The translations under genes were made by a program, and so were the position numbers. Below, in pieces: positions 37,388-49,772 of a DNA stretch of 64,000 nt. The notes beneath the pieces were generated by a model. The model was given only the letters and a program-made list of their open reading frames with translations. It ran no database searches and was not told the DNA's origin. Source of the DNA: Lophium mytilinum (Eukaryota); contig MU004188.1 of NCBI GenBank assembly GCA_010093605.1, positions 499,673-563,672 on the forward strand. Reading direction: 5' to 3'. Every line of letters begins with the position of its first letter. The first letter of the stretch is position 1.

Positions 37388-39157
37388 TCATGCGGCCTCC
37401 TGTTGTCGAGTTTCAGTCTCGCCTTCGGCTACCTTTCTCCTCAGGACCGCAACACCCTCCACATGACCGGTCTGGGGAAAGAAGTCGAAACCCCTTAGGC
37501 TCTCAATCTCGTAAACCCCACTACCCGGTCCAAACCCTCCATCAACACCCTTCATACCTCCTACTAGAACACCAACATCCCTAGCTTGCGTGTGCACGTT
37601 GCAACTAACATATATCACCCTAGCAGGGCTGTACCTAAGTAGCTGCCGCAAGAAGCTTTCGTCGCAGCCCTTTCGAGGTGGATCGATTACCACAACGGTC
37701 TCATCCGCATTCGACTCAATGCTGGCAAATAGATTCGCAGCATCTGCTGCTATGAAGTTGGCTTGCGACTCTGAAAGCCCGTTTAGGCGGGCGTTGGATC
37801 TAGCGGACTCGATCGAAGAGGGCGAGATATCGATACCGAGGGAGTGGGTGAAGAGGGAAGAAAGCGTGATGGTGAATAAGCCGCTGCCCGAGTAGGCGTC
37901 GATGAGGTTTTTGATCTTGTGATTAGGTTGGTTCGGCGGTAGAATGTGATCTCGTATGTATGAAGTGAACTTAGGAAGAATCGAGTTGTTGTTCTGGAAG
38001 AAAGCACCCGCCGGATTGACGAAGGCGAAATCGTCAATGTATTCTGTGGATTTCCCGTTTTGATCCGTGACGCATGTTTTTTCGTGGATGTAGTCTCCCC
38101 GATCCTCGATGACAGCCTCGGTCTTTTCGGCAGACTCCTTCGCTTCTTCTGCGTTGAACTCGCTCTTCGGTATTCGTTTGGTGTCTTCTCGAAGAAGGAT
38201 TGTGGCTCCTTTCCTATATGTGTTAATTTGATCTGCAACACGTTTCCTCTCGCTCTTCATCCCTTTTCGCACGGCTTCGGTTCCAATAGGACAGTCTTCG
38301 ATATCAATCGTTATCCTCGTGCCCTTTTTCATGAAGCCAATGGGAGGGACCTCCTTAAAAGCCCGCTTGATCCCATTTCTCCCATCACTCCGTCGTGCGT
38401 CCGGAGGCCCATCGAAATGAGGCGTCAACTTCGTCCGATACTCATACTGAAGAGGGGATCCTATGGTTTCTCCAACGGGAGGGACAAATCCAGGTGCGAG
38501 ATTCGAAAATTGCTGATACGCCTTTTCCACGATGGTCTTCTTATGGGCCAGTTGGTATTGATATGGCAGCATCTGAAACTGGCAGCCAGAGCAAGACGCA
38601 AAATACGGACATTTGATGAGAGAGTCGTCTCGGTGAGGCGATGACTTCTCTACTTTAACAAGATCTGCAAGAGAATAGTGAAGGTTTGGAGTATGCTTGA
38701 AGATTTTTGCTTTGACGACATCACCCGGAGCCGTGAAAGGCACCACATAGACATGCTTAGAATCCGGCGATAGTGCAAGGCCATCTCCAGTAGATGAGAT
38801 TTCTGCTACAGTAACCTCGACTTCTGATAACCGTTCTGGAAGAGATGATTCAACCTTTCCATTTTCGGCGTCAGTTGAAGAGTCTTCAAGGGTGTACTTC
38901 TTCAACAACGCCTGCACATCAGCTAAAAGTACCTCCTCGTTGGATCCTGTGGTTGTGAGGATATTTCCGGTCTTGTTCTTCTTGTTCTTGAAACGATAGG
39001 AACCCTTTTCCTCATCAGGAGCTCTCTTCTTAGAGCCATTGCTCTCCACAGGCCCAACCTCAGCAGCTGAAGAAGCCATACTGAAGTGTTTAATGGGAGT
39101 TCGTTGCCCGACCGTTAATAGGGTCCTGAAAGTGCGAGCAGCGGATGTTCGAAACAT
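37388..39157 (-). CDS. TRM2: tRNA (uracil-5-)-methyltransferase
   Basis: TRAM-like start, CPYFASCSGCQFQ, YRTKLTPHF, FFQNNNSIL, LIDAYSGSGLF, IDPPRKGC, YVSCNVHTQARD and FDFFPQTGHVE. Confidence 0.95.
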   Translation of the reverse strand: MFRTSAARTFRTLLTVGQRTPIKHFSMASSAAEVGPVESNGSKKRAPDEEKGSYRFKNKKNKTGNILTTTGSNEEVLLADVQALLKKYTLEDSSTDAENGKVESSLPERLSEVEVTVAEISSTGDGLALSPDSKHVYVVPFTAPGDVVKAKIFKHTPNLHYSLADLVKVEKSSPHRDDSLIKCPYFASCSGCQFQMLPYQYQLAHKKTIVEKAYQQFSNLAPGFVPPVGETIGSPLQYEYRTKLTPHFDGPPDARRSDGRNGIKRAFKEVPPIGFMKKGTRITIDIEDCPIGTEAVRKGMKSERKRVADQINTYRKGATILLREDTKRIPKSEFNAEEAKESAEKTEAVIEDRGDYIHEKTCVTDQNGKSTEYIDDFAFVNPAGAFFQNNNSILPKFTSYIRDHILPPNQPNHKIKNLIDAYSGSGLFTITLSSLFTHSLGIDISPSSIESARSNARLNGLSESQANFIAADAANLFASIESNADETVVVIDPPRKGCDESFLRQLLRYSPARVIYVSCNVHTQARDVGVLVGGMKGVDGGFGPGSGVYEIESLRGFDFFPQTGHVEGVAVLRRKVAEGETETRQQEAA

Positions 39158-39340
39158 TCGAGTGTGTGTGTGGTCATCTGTACCAGAAAGCCGTTCACTG
39201 GATGAGGCTCAAAACCTTAATTTTTTCGCTACCCAGCTCTCCGTCCCGAACCTCATCGACCTCACCTCACCCACTCCCACCGCCTACAACGCGCCAATCC
39301 GCCCTCATCAGGGCTCAATCGAGGTCATCCAGACGCCAAA

Positions 39341-40694
39341 ATGAGCGTCTGCCGGCCAGCAAGATGCCTCTTCGCGAAGTCCTCCGCCGCCGCCCTCCCT
39401 AAACCCGCGTCCTCCTCCCAATGCCGCACCTTCACCACCACCCCCTCGCGGCCCGCCCGCCGCCGCCCTCACTACCCCAGCGTCAAAGCCGCCGACATGA
39501 CATATCTCAAGGAACAGGCCGCCACAAAACACCCCGACTACGCCGCCGTGGACGAAGCCCTCCTGGCACAGAAATACACCCCCAGCCAACTCGCCGCCAT
39601 CCGCGCCGCCGAAGCGGCCATTGACCCGCGCGACCTAACGCTGCAAGGCAAGAAACGCAACGACCCATGGAAGCTCCCCTACGACGACGACCTGAGCCAC
39701 GTCGACGGCGTGATTGACCACGCGGACAAGCTCCACGGCCCACCAGGCCGAAACAAGCGGGCGCGCGCACGGGAAGCCAGCGAGGCGGAGCGGGAAGCCG
39801 CGCTGGGGCTCATCGTCAACGAGCAGCTGGCCAAGATGTACCCAGACGGACTCCCGGCGGACCCAACCCCCGAGGAGGAGTACCAGAGGGAGCAGGCGAT
39901 CCACGCGGCGGTGCAGCAGGCGTACCTCGACCCGCGGACGAGCTTCTGGGCCGACGACGCGGCGGCGTGGAACTCGCTCGCGGACCCGCGGCACTCGGCC
40001 ATCATGCAGGAGCTGCCGCGGATCGACAGCAAAGTGGTGCAAGCGACGGCGACGTTTGAGGGCCAGGAGGTCGTCGACGAGCGCCAGCAGCGGCTGCTGC
40101 ATCAGCTGGGCTGGCCGCAGGACACGAATCTGCGGCAGAAGGGCTTCATTCACAAGGCGATTGTGCAGCATTTCGTCTCGAATTACACGCGGCTGGGCAA
40201 GATTGCGAGTTTCTACGTTTTGACGATTGCGGGGAACCAGAATGGGCTGCTGGGTGTCGGGGAGGGCAAGGCGGTGGATTCGGAGGAGGCGGTGGCGGCG
40301 TCGATCAGCAATGCGTATAAGAACATGAAGCCGATTCCGCGCTACGAGAACCGCACGATCTTTGGCGATATTGAGAAGAAGCTTGGGGCTGTGCGGGTGC
40401 AGTTGCAAGCCAGACCGCCGGGTAAGTCACCCCCTTCTCTTCCTTCAAATCGACACTAACAAGTTTGTCATAGGATTCGGCGTCCGCACCAACCACCTCA
40501 TTTTCGAAATTGCCCGTATGGCCGGCATCAAAGACCTCGCCGCGCGCGTGCCCCGCTCACGAAACAAAATGAACGTCGTCAAAGCCACCTGGGAGGCTCT
40601 CACGGCCCAAAAGCTCCCCGAGGACATCGCACGCGCACGGGGAAAGAAACTCGTAGACGTCCGGAAAGTGTACTACGGTGGATCGATAGGCTAG
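39341..40694 (+). CDS. MRPS5: Mitochondrial ribosomal protein uS5m
   Basis: Presequence-like N-terminus, [47 protein letters not shown] and [11 protein letters not shown]. One intron near 40422-40473. Confidence 0.93.
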
Positions 40695-40921
40695 ACATGT
40701 GCGAAACTTGTACTATATCGCGCTTCAGGAGACACGGAAGCATGTAGCATATCCGCATCATAGGCGCATAGCAGTGTACCAATTGGATCTGTAGATATTT
40801 CCACCCCAACCTGACTTTTGTAAACCGCCTGACTCCAATCGTTTTCCATCCGCATGCTGCCGTCCGGGTATCATATCAAAGACGCCAAAAACACCCAACC
40901 CAACACAAGCACCCGTCACAC

Positions 40922-41302
40922 TTATTCCCCCTGGCCCCCCTCCTGCCCATACATCTGCTGCTGCAGCACAATCGAATACACACTCGCATTCAGCAGCGTA
41001 AAGACCAGACTCGTCTTCCGCTCCAGCCCCCGCAGCGCTTGCAAGATCTCTGTCGAGGGGGTGGTTGAGAGCTCTGCTAGGAGCGTTGACATCTAGCCCG
41101 CACCTGGTATTAGCCGCTTGCTCTCAAATCTCTGTAGGGGGGATAGGTTGTGTAGGCAAGGGCGTACATTATTTAAGTTCCCAACCAACCGCGCATACTC
41201 ATCCAGCACTTCCTGCTCGAGCGGCGTGAGGGTCTCGGTGGCGGCGGGGGTACCGCCGGCGGCGGAGGTGGAGGAGGTGAGGTGGGTGGGAGAGGTCGAC
41301 AT
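40922..41302 (-). CDS. DAD3: DASH/Dam1 complex subunit Dad3
   Basis: LTPLEQEVLDEYARLVGNLN, intron, then LRGLERKTSLVFTLLNASVYSIVLQQ. Confidence 0.9.
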
Positions 41303-42489
41303 TGTGGGGTTTGTATAATAGTCTGGACTGGTGGAGGTGGTTCGGTACAGCGGTTTGCCGTTGATTTGTAGCGGAGAGGGGAGCTGGACGGCGAGGCGGA
41401 GCTTTGGGAAAAAACGAGCAATTGAGAGCTCAATTTGCGGTTTATGAGTAATCTTAAACAGTTGAGTAGGTTTCGCGAGAAGACGTTGTATTCGTATATT
41501 CACACAGAAGAATCGTGGGGGTGTTGAAGCTAAACACCCGGAACGCGACTTCGTGACTTTGTGTCTTGGCGTGTATCTTGGCATTATTTTGAGAACGACA
41601 ACCCGTAAATACAATATGGGTCTCGTGTTCGACGCTTTCAACCATTCATCGCGTTGACTGTTGTCAATCGGGTAAATCTTGTATTTTGACAGCTCGGCAG
41701 GCGATGCTCATCGGCCGTCCCAGGAAGAAGCACGTGACACGACCCGATGCCCTCCCAGAATCACTCCAAAACACGGAATTGACACTACCACCTGAAAAGG
41801 TTAAGGCCACGGTAATGACGACCGCAAAGCTACAGCAACGACTCAACAAATCACACTCATCACCTCACCAGACACTCCCCAGGACACAGCAGCGAATAGT
41901 AAAAAACCGCTTTAAATCCGCTACTTCCGCACTTTATACTATCAGAGAGCACCCGCAAAAGGAAGCCCGCTACTCCCCACCCCCAGCACTGAATAACGCC
42001 TGAAGATATCCACAAGTAAATGAAAAGGAGCGCACCGCAAAAGAAGCAAAAGCAGCAAAAGCGTACCTAGGATTGCGAAGGTTTTAGCGCCACGATGCCG
42101 AAACCTCCGAATGAGGAATACCGCTCTCCTCCTCGTGGAAATGATTAACAAAATGCCGATTCGATGGAGAGAGAGGGAGAGGGAACGAGAGAGCAATCAG
42201 TAAGAAGTCCCCATGCCGTCGAAAACGATGCCTCCAAAAAAGAGGATGACAAGGATTGAAAGACGAGATGCACAAAACAAGTTCCGCCGTGCACCGCCTG
42301 CCTGACCTGTTCTACAAAGGAGTGAGTTTCAAGGAAAAGCCAACACGCTAATGGCTCCTGAAAAGTCTCGGGGCATGACATGATACGCCCAAGTGGAGCC
42401 GCGGAATGAAAGATATGAAAGGTATGACACAATTCTTTTTCTGCTCGAACCTCCCCAACCACCTCTTGCGCGTGCTCAACCGCCTACGC

Positions 42490-44648
42490 CTACCTCCCGT
42501 TACTCTGCCCGTACGAGTCATCTTGCTGGAGCTGTTGCTGGTTGTGATCGTCGCCGTCGTGGTGTAATGTCACGCTGTTGAAGTCTTCAAACGGATCTGC
42601 GATCTCGGCTCCTGGCGTCGAGAGACCGGAGTCTAATGGTACACCCTTTGCTCTCGCTGCGCTGATGTCTACGCTCTGGCTCTCTTTCACGTTGCGGAAG
42701 TTGACGGTATCAATGCCGCGTCCTTGATGCGGAATCATGGGGGGCTTTGTGTGTCGTAGTAATGCCCACTGCGTTGTGCGGAAGAAAGGGTGGGTTTTCA
42801 CATCGGAGGCGCCCGCACGAGATCCGAGGCGGCGAAGCTCATCTTTTATCAAGAGTTTGCGGACGAGGGATTTGCATAGACTATGAAATGTTAGCTCGAG
42901 TTTGGCTCCTGGTTCGACGCGCGTAGGTAGACTTACTTCGAGACAGACGGAGCTCCAGAGCCTTCTGGAAAAGGCACGTCGTCTCGGAGGATATTCGCAA
43001 ACGTAGCATTTCGATTTTTGCCTTTGAATGGCGTCGTTCCATACAGCATTTCGTAGACCAATATACCCAGCGTCCACCAATCCACCGCACTCGTGTGTCC
43101 ACAACCCTTAATGACCTCCGGCGCGATGTATTCCTCTGTTCCCACAAACGAGTTCGTCCTAAAGTTCGCTATACACGACTTCGTATCGATCGTAGGTAAA
43201 TTGCTAGATGAAGTCCCGTTTCGCCCGTTGACAATCATTGTGGGCCTTCCTCCTGGATCTGACTGTTTCGAAAGATCGAAATCTGACAACATGATGTGAC
43301 CGGATTGATGCAAGAGAATGTCTGGAATAATTAGATATAAACGCATAGAACGGTATGAGGGTGCTCACTCTCAGGCTTCAAATCACGGTAAATGAAACCC
43401 ATGAGATGAAGATATTCCAGGGCAGCCGTGACCTCAGCAGCATAGAACCTCGCAGCATCTTCGTCCACGCACTTATTCGGTCGAGTTTGAAGAGCTGAAT
43501 TTGTTAGCATAGAACTATTCTGTCTCTTGGAGAGGTATACCTCTAAAAAATTCTCCTCCGCTACAGTATTCCATGCACAGGTACAGGTGGTCCTCGGATT
43601 GGAAGGAGTGATATAGAGTAACGATGAACGGGTGATTGCTAGTTGCAAGAATCTCTTGCTCTGCAAGGGCACGCTTGATCTTGTTCCGCTTGATCATTTC
43701 CTTCTTGCTTAGAACTATGAATAATTAGCATAGGAGGCTTTATTGGAAACCAGGGATCTTACCTTTCATAGCGTATAATCTGCTAGACTTCTTCTCTCGA
43801 ACAAGATAGACCTTTCCAACATCTCCCTTGCCAATCAACTTGATCTTATCAAAACTGGCGGGCCCGACCTCCACATTCCGCACCTTTATCGAGTTCGAGC
43901 TGTAAGTTCTCCTAAAAGCCACGGCATTTCTGATCTGTCCGGGCGAGGGGATGCCACCCTGAGGGACGACTGGCATGAGGTGTCCTTGGTCCGTCGCGGT
44001 CTCTACCATGCTCAATGTGGACGAATTGGCATGTTGTACCAGAGGCTCCTTCCCGAGTTCTGCAGTCTGCGGCCGGCCATCGTTTTTGCTGCTACTGAAC
44101 AGGCCTTGAGCGTTTGGGGCAGAGGCCACGCGACGCAGTTTCCGGGCGAGTTCTTCCTTGCCGGCTGTTGTGGCTTGGTCGTTGGCTCCACTATTCCCAT
44201 CGGCCTTGGTAGTGGTAATCCGCGGGGTGTCGGGAGGAGATGGGGGCACGCTGCCCTCATTGTGATGGCGCAGGGGTGGCGGCCCCTGGTGGATGAAGTA
44301 GGGGTTCGAATGAGCGGTGGGCGACAGGCCCTCGTCGAGGGGATTGCCTTCGCTGGCTACAGTGTTGGTTCGATTCCGATTGATGTGTGGCAAGAATCTC
44401 GACTGGCGGAACGACTTGGACTCCGACTTGCTGGGTGTACCAACGCCATCGTCGGATTGCTTCCGCTCCTTGCTGTCATTGTTGCCCAGGCTGTTTATGC
44501 GGAAGAAGTTTTTAATTTTCTGCGAGACTTGGCTGTTGGAGCCATTGACGGCCTTGTTGGAGGAAGATAAAGGGAGGCCGGAGAAGGAGCGCTGTTTTTC
44601 GGGCGGCAGCGTCGAGTGCCCCGAGGCGGAGCTGAAGAGTTGTGTCAT
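42490..44648 (-). CDS. nrc-2: AGC Ser/Thr protein kinase, NRC-2/Fpk1/Kin82 family
   Basis: [60 protein letters not shown] and DWWTLGIL. Four introns. Confidence 0.93.
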
Positions 44649-46319
44649 GGAGGCAGGCTACGGGGTGCGGTGCATACGAGGAGCGGCTCAGATCGAGGGC
44701 TCGCGGATAGTAGTGAGCAGGTGGTGGTGATTGATGATCAGGCTGGTGGTTAGGAGCCCTGGTCAGATCGCCATGTCCCCCGTCTCGGTGGCTTTGCAAG
44801 GCCTCGTCAGCTGGAGGCAGGGCGGTAGGGCGAGGATTCCGAGGTGGTGGAGAGGGAAGAGCAGGAAGAATGGCGGGTGGGAGTCCAAGTATGTCACGGC
44901 GCTCAGGTCAGGAATGCCGAGCGGTGGTGATTGCTGAGCAACGGCAAGAGTACACGGCCTTTGCAACTTGGTTGGTGGGGAACACACCGTCCCGCGACTG
45001 GCTGTAGCGTCGAGGACTCAGCGCCGCAGAGTGACAGTGACATTCACAGTGACATGTAGCAGCTAATTATCGCGATGCCACATTTCTGCTGCGCGCCTGC
45101 AGAGCCCTTTTTTGGCCCAGCAGGCTCTTTCGCCGCCCAGCGCAGCCCCTCACGCGGCGAACCTGACCTGCCTGAAGTGAATAGCAGCTGGCCGTGGCCT
45201 CTGCTGCGCCTCGCAAAAGCATCCCACGCCCTGATGAGCGGAATAGCTAATCCGCTGATTTCCAATCAGCTACTCAGAACCTCCGGGCACGCAATTGAGT
45301 ACAACAATAATCCACACCCCTATGCTGATGTGCATTTGTTCCTCAAAACTTCCCAACTAGGGGCGAAGACGACGCAGGCAACGCGAGCGCTCTGGACTCT
45401 GTCTTCGCTTGAAACCCCCCTCTGCATCTTGTACCATGAGTTCGAGACCTGCGGATTGTCCTACTAACTACAGTAGCGAGCTCTCAGCTGCGGAAGCACG
45501 ATACCTATCTCGCCTTAGCACCGTGAAGCTTCATTGCCGGATCTTGGCGGCCTGTTACGTGCTCGCTCCACGATCGACGCATGGTTAGAGACGTTAGACG
45601 TTGCTTGGTTCACTCCAGCATCACGACAACATCACGGCATGAGGACCTCAGTTTAATACATATTTGATCTTCCCATTGAATCTGGTACCTAGGCACATGA
45701 CCGCTGAGAAGGAATCATAGAAGAGAAAAGCTCTGAAAGTTTGGAAGTATGGTTTTCTGGGGTTTAAAGGGTGAACAGAGCTGGGGACTGTGTGATGGGG
45801 GTGATGGGGTTGGGAAGTAGAATTAGTGAGGTGTGTAAGCAGTGTGAAACCATAAGCAAGGCTCCATGACGAAACCTATCGCGGAGGGAAGACAATCCAG
45901 AATGTCCATCACAGAAGAGGACGGTCGTTCCGAGTGTCCGCCGCCGATAGCATGACCATTGAAATATCCATCGCAGAAGAGGATAGTCACTCCAAAAGGT
46001 CGTTGCAAAGAGAAGGTCCGTCAAATAAGATATACTGGAGCAGAACATGATATCCGATCATGTAGAGAGTCGTCCGAAGACAGAATAGTTGTTGTTCCGT
46101 GAAACAGAATAGCCGTGGTGTCGATCAAACTTCTTACCATTCCAACCGGAACGGGTATGCAGAATGACTTGTACGCCGCAGTGCCAAAAGAAAATGTCCA
46201 GGTGAAAGGGCTATGCCAGCATCCAAAGGCGCGTCGTCGACGTGGAGACGAAAAGGTTGCGAGAAGCGATGTGAGAGAAGACTTTTGTTCCGCAATCAAT
46301 CATCCCATGCCGTTGATGC

Positions 46320-49300
46320 TTAGTCCGAGAGAGGGTTAGCCTTCTTGTACTGGTCGATCTCCTTAGCCTCCTTGGCCTTGATCTGGCTGAAGCGGTTGCG
46401 CCAGTCCTCGCGCCACTTGGCCTTCTCCCCCTTGGTATCCTGCTGCTTGTGGGATCGGACACGGTTCAAGGCGTTCTCAAGACCGGCCTTAGCAGGGGAC
46501 TTGGATGGAGAGGAAGTGTTCTTCTGCTTGGAAGACTTGTTGGAAGAGGACCTGAAGCAAAAGGCCTCAGCGCTGTCATCGTCGGCACCCGTGATCGTAA
46601 TCGGCTCAATCATATCAGCCAGCTCGTCCATAGCTCCGTCGAGGCCAGAAACACGCTGCTCCTTGCTACGACCAGCACCAATAGTGCCAGCGGGGTTGTT
46701 ACCGGAGGATCGCGGAACGTAATCGTGGTGGCCTGGGTAGACGCGCTGATGACCAGTGGAGGTGCCTTTGCTGGACGAGCCCGTCTGAATTCCACGTGGA
46801 AGCGAGCGATGATTCGTGTTCTCAGCTGGAGAGCGCTGCAGCGCCGTCAAGGTGCCATTGCTGTAGTGCGATTCGGTGAGCGATCCACTGCCGTTTGTCA
46901 TAGGCGACAGTCCGAGACGAGCCTCGCGCTCTGATTCACGCCGATGCATCTTCTGGAGTTCGATGACGTTCTGGCAGAACGCAGGGGAGGTATTGCCACC
47001 CGGGGACTTCTCTGCCGCCTTCTGAAGCTCAGTGACCTGGTTGACGAACGCAATGGTACGGTTGTTCAAAGGCTGATTATCCTCCCAGATGTTCTTGCTA
47101 GGGCTGAACAGGGCGCTCGGTGGACCCATGCGAGCATTCTCCTGCGAACGAGCATTCTGGTCAAACTGTTGTTGAGAAGGGAAAGACAAGCTTACGGCTG
47201 AGTCGTGCAGGGTCAAGGCACTGTCAGTGTTCTCTTTTGCCGAGTGCTTGGAGCCCTGAGTATTGCTGTCTGTATTGCGCACTGCCATTCCGCGAAGGAA
47301 AACGACTGGCTCCCGGAGAATCTGGTTAAGGCCTTCTGAGTAGCCCTGGATGACTTCCAGAACGTCTGGAAGACCTTTGTGCTTGAGACCAGCCTGGTAG
47401 CCCTCCTGATAGGTAGTCAGGACGTGCTTTCCGCGCTTCGACTTGATTGGGGTGGTCCATTCAACAGGAGCGCTGAGTTGACCGGAGACCGTGACCTTGG
47501 AGCGACGACCAGACGCATTGGGAGTGCTCATATAGCTCGGAGCCTGCGAGCCAGCATTTGAAGCCTGCAGCATGAGGTCTTGGTTGAAGGAGGACATACG
47601 ATTAGTCAGGGGAGAGACCTGGATGGAGAGAACTGAGCGCGGCTTTTCTCCTCGGCTGCCAGCACCGCTGTTCCATGGGCTGTTGGGCCAGTTCTTCTCA
47701 GGAGTGGTCGGTCCAGTGTTCTGCGTCAAGGCAACCTGCAAGTTCTCCGTGGACTGGAGTGGCGCCACCCTAGTAGAGGAGTGCTCGTGCGTGTTGGTGG
47801 GGAAGAAATCCGCAGTGGAAATGCTCGAGACGCTGTTATTGTGTCGGACAGTGAGCTGGGAGTTGTTGCCAGTGGTTCCTGATTTCTCGGGGGAATCTTT
47901 GTTCTCAAACAGCCAGGCGTGCTTGGACGAAACACCCTCATGCGGGGTTGGCGACGGAATCGGCGAAGGAGTGGGCGGGATGAATGGCGTATGCATTCCG
48001 TTGTTGCCGGCCTGATTGTTGCCCTTTGGCTCGTAAGTCGGGCTCGTCGGATCGAGGCTGGAGCCCTGAGTGACAGGGTGCTTGAAGCCATCGCGAGGAG
48101 CTTTGATCTCGACAGCATGGGATCGACGAGTAGCGGAATTGGGCATGTTCGGGGACTGACCCACAGTCTCTTGCATCTGAATCGCGTTGTTGGTCGCATC
48201 GTTGTTGATGGGCAGAGCAGCGCCATGAACAGGATACGGGATCATGTCGGAAGACATGCCTGGCGCGATGTAGCCGTTGGGGAAGAGCATAGCTGCGGAG
48301 TCGTACATGCCGTTCTGCGACGCACCCATGGGGTTGACGGGAAGCGCGATCTGCGAGTGAGTCGGATGGGCCGGCTGCTGATACTGCTGGTTCTGTGGCT
48401 TGAAGCCGCGGCGGGTGTTGGGGCTCGTAGCAGACATCGGCTTGGCCTCGTAAGCCTTGATCTGTCGCCGGAGTTGGTCGATCTCGGTGACCAGCGCCTT
48501 CTTCCGAAGGACCAAGTTGCTGTTCCACTCCTCGGTGTGCACATCCCTCTCGAGAACCTGGGTCTGTTCCAAGAAGCGGTGCTCAGCTTGCAGGGTCGTC
48601 ATCTCCTTCTTGAGACGCGGGAGCTCGAGGAGCGAGTCGGGCTGGGAGGCCATAACGAGATTGGTGGAGGAGCCGTTGCGGCTGCCGGGCATGGCGTAGG
48701 CGGGGACGGTAAGATGGTTAGTGTTGCCACCGTGGTTAACGTTGCCGCCGTGGTTGACGTTGCCGCCGTTGTTGACGTTGCCACCGTGGTTGACAGTACC
48801 GTTAGCAGGAGCCATGGCTGGATAGATCCAATTGCTCGCGGTTCGAAGTGCTGAGTTGAACGTGTCGAAGGCGGCCAGGGGGATGTACTGGTCGTTAGTG
48901 TAAACGCAGGGCTGGCCGAACGAGTCGTAGGCAAACGCGTTGGGGAAGGGGAGGCCCTTCAGGAAGTCGGTCGCAGGCTGTGCCGGGAAGGTGAGCGGGG
49001 GAGAGTACTGCTGAGTTGAGCTCTGCCCTTTGAAGCTGCCGTACGGGTAGCGCGGTCCGCCGAGCGGAGGAAGGTCACTGGGAACGATGCGTCCGCCAGC
49101 CGTGACGCGAAGACCGGGCGGGCTGCCGTGCTCCTTGAGGAGTGCCTCTGCTTTGCCGCGCTTGACTGAGGGTGAAGGCGAGGGCTTCTTCCCTGCGGTG
49201 CTGTTGGCGATGGCAGCAGGCTTGCTTGTGGTTGACAGGTGCGTGCTGTTGCCGTCGGAGCGACTGCCGATGTACGAAACTGATGCAGAACCTCGGAGGA

Positions 49301-49772
49301 CGTGCTCTATTGGTTAATTGAATTGTTAGCCAAGGTCTCAATGTCTCTGTGCAGGTTGCAAGCGTGGCTACGGGCTTGAGGCTGAGGCTTGTTGTTGGTG
49401 ATGAGCGACACGGAGGGGAAAGGGAGCTCAGCCGACGACGGAAATATATGAGAGCGCGTGGGGGCGCTAGGCAGAAACGGGAGTGGGGATGTTGTCGGGG
49501 AGACGAGGACGCCCAAGTTGCCTGGGAGACAACAGCTCACCTTTGATGGCGTCCTCGTTGGGGAACTTCTCGATTGAAACCGCCGACTCCGACACCGAGT
49601 CCCGCATGGCGAGGAGCTCCTCGACCTTGTACGCCTGCTGAGGCATCTCTCCTTCCGCTCTCTCCAATATTGTTTCCAAAAGCTGACGAGCAGAGTCGTT
49701 CTCGCGAGGGCCGAGGTGATGACCGTGTGCGCGAGGTACGAAAGGCTGAGCGAGTGGCGAGATCTGCCACAT
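46320..49772 (-). CDS. Uncharacterised low-complexity protein with coiled coil, PAM2-like and eIF4E-binding-like motifs
   Basis: Exon 1 (ATG 49772 or 49646) ends at a GTGAGC donor near 49540. The acceptor at 49307 continues in frame through KRGKAEALLKEHGSPPGLRVTAGGRIVP toward the 831-aa ORF 46320-48815. Confidence 0.8.
48714..48794 (-). repeat. 18-bp coding minisatellite, (GGNVNH/N)x4
   Basis: GTTGCCRCCG recurs at 48723, 48741, 48759 and 48777. Confidence 0.9.

Noticed and set aside
45900..45992. Imperfect duplication of about 27 bp (AATRTCCATCRCAGAAGAGGAYRGTC) downstream of the 46.3-kb gene
   Set aside because: Only two degenerate copies in a probable 3' UTR, with no supportable function.
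47919..48854. 311-aa plus-strand ORF
   Set aside because: Antisense shadow of the GC-rich minus-strand gene.
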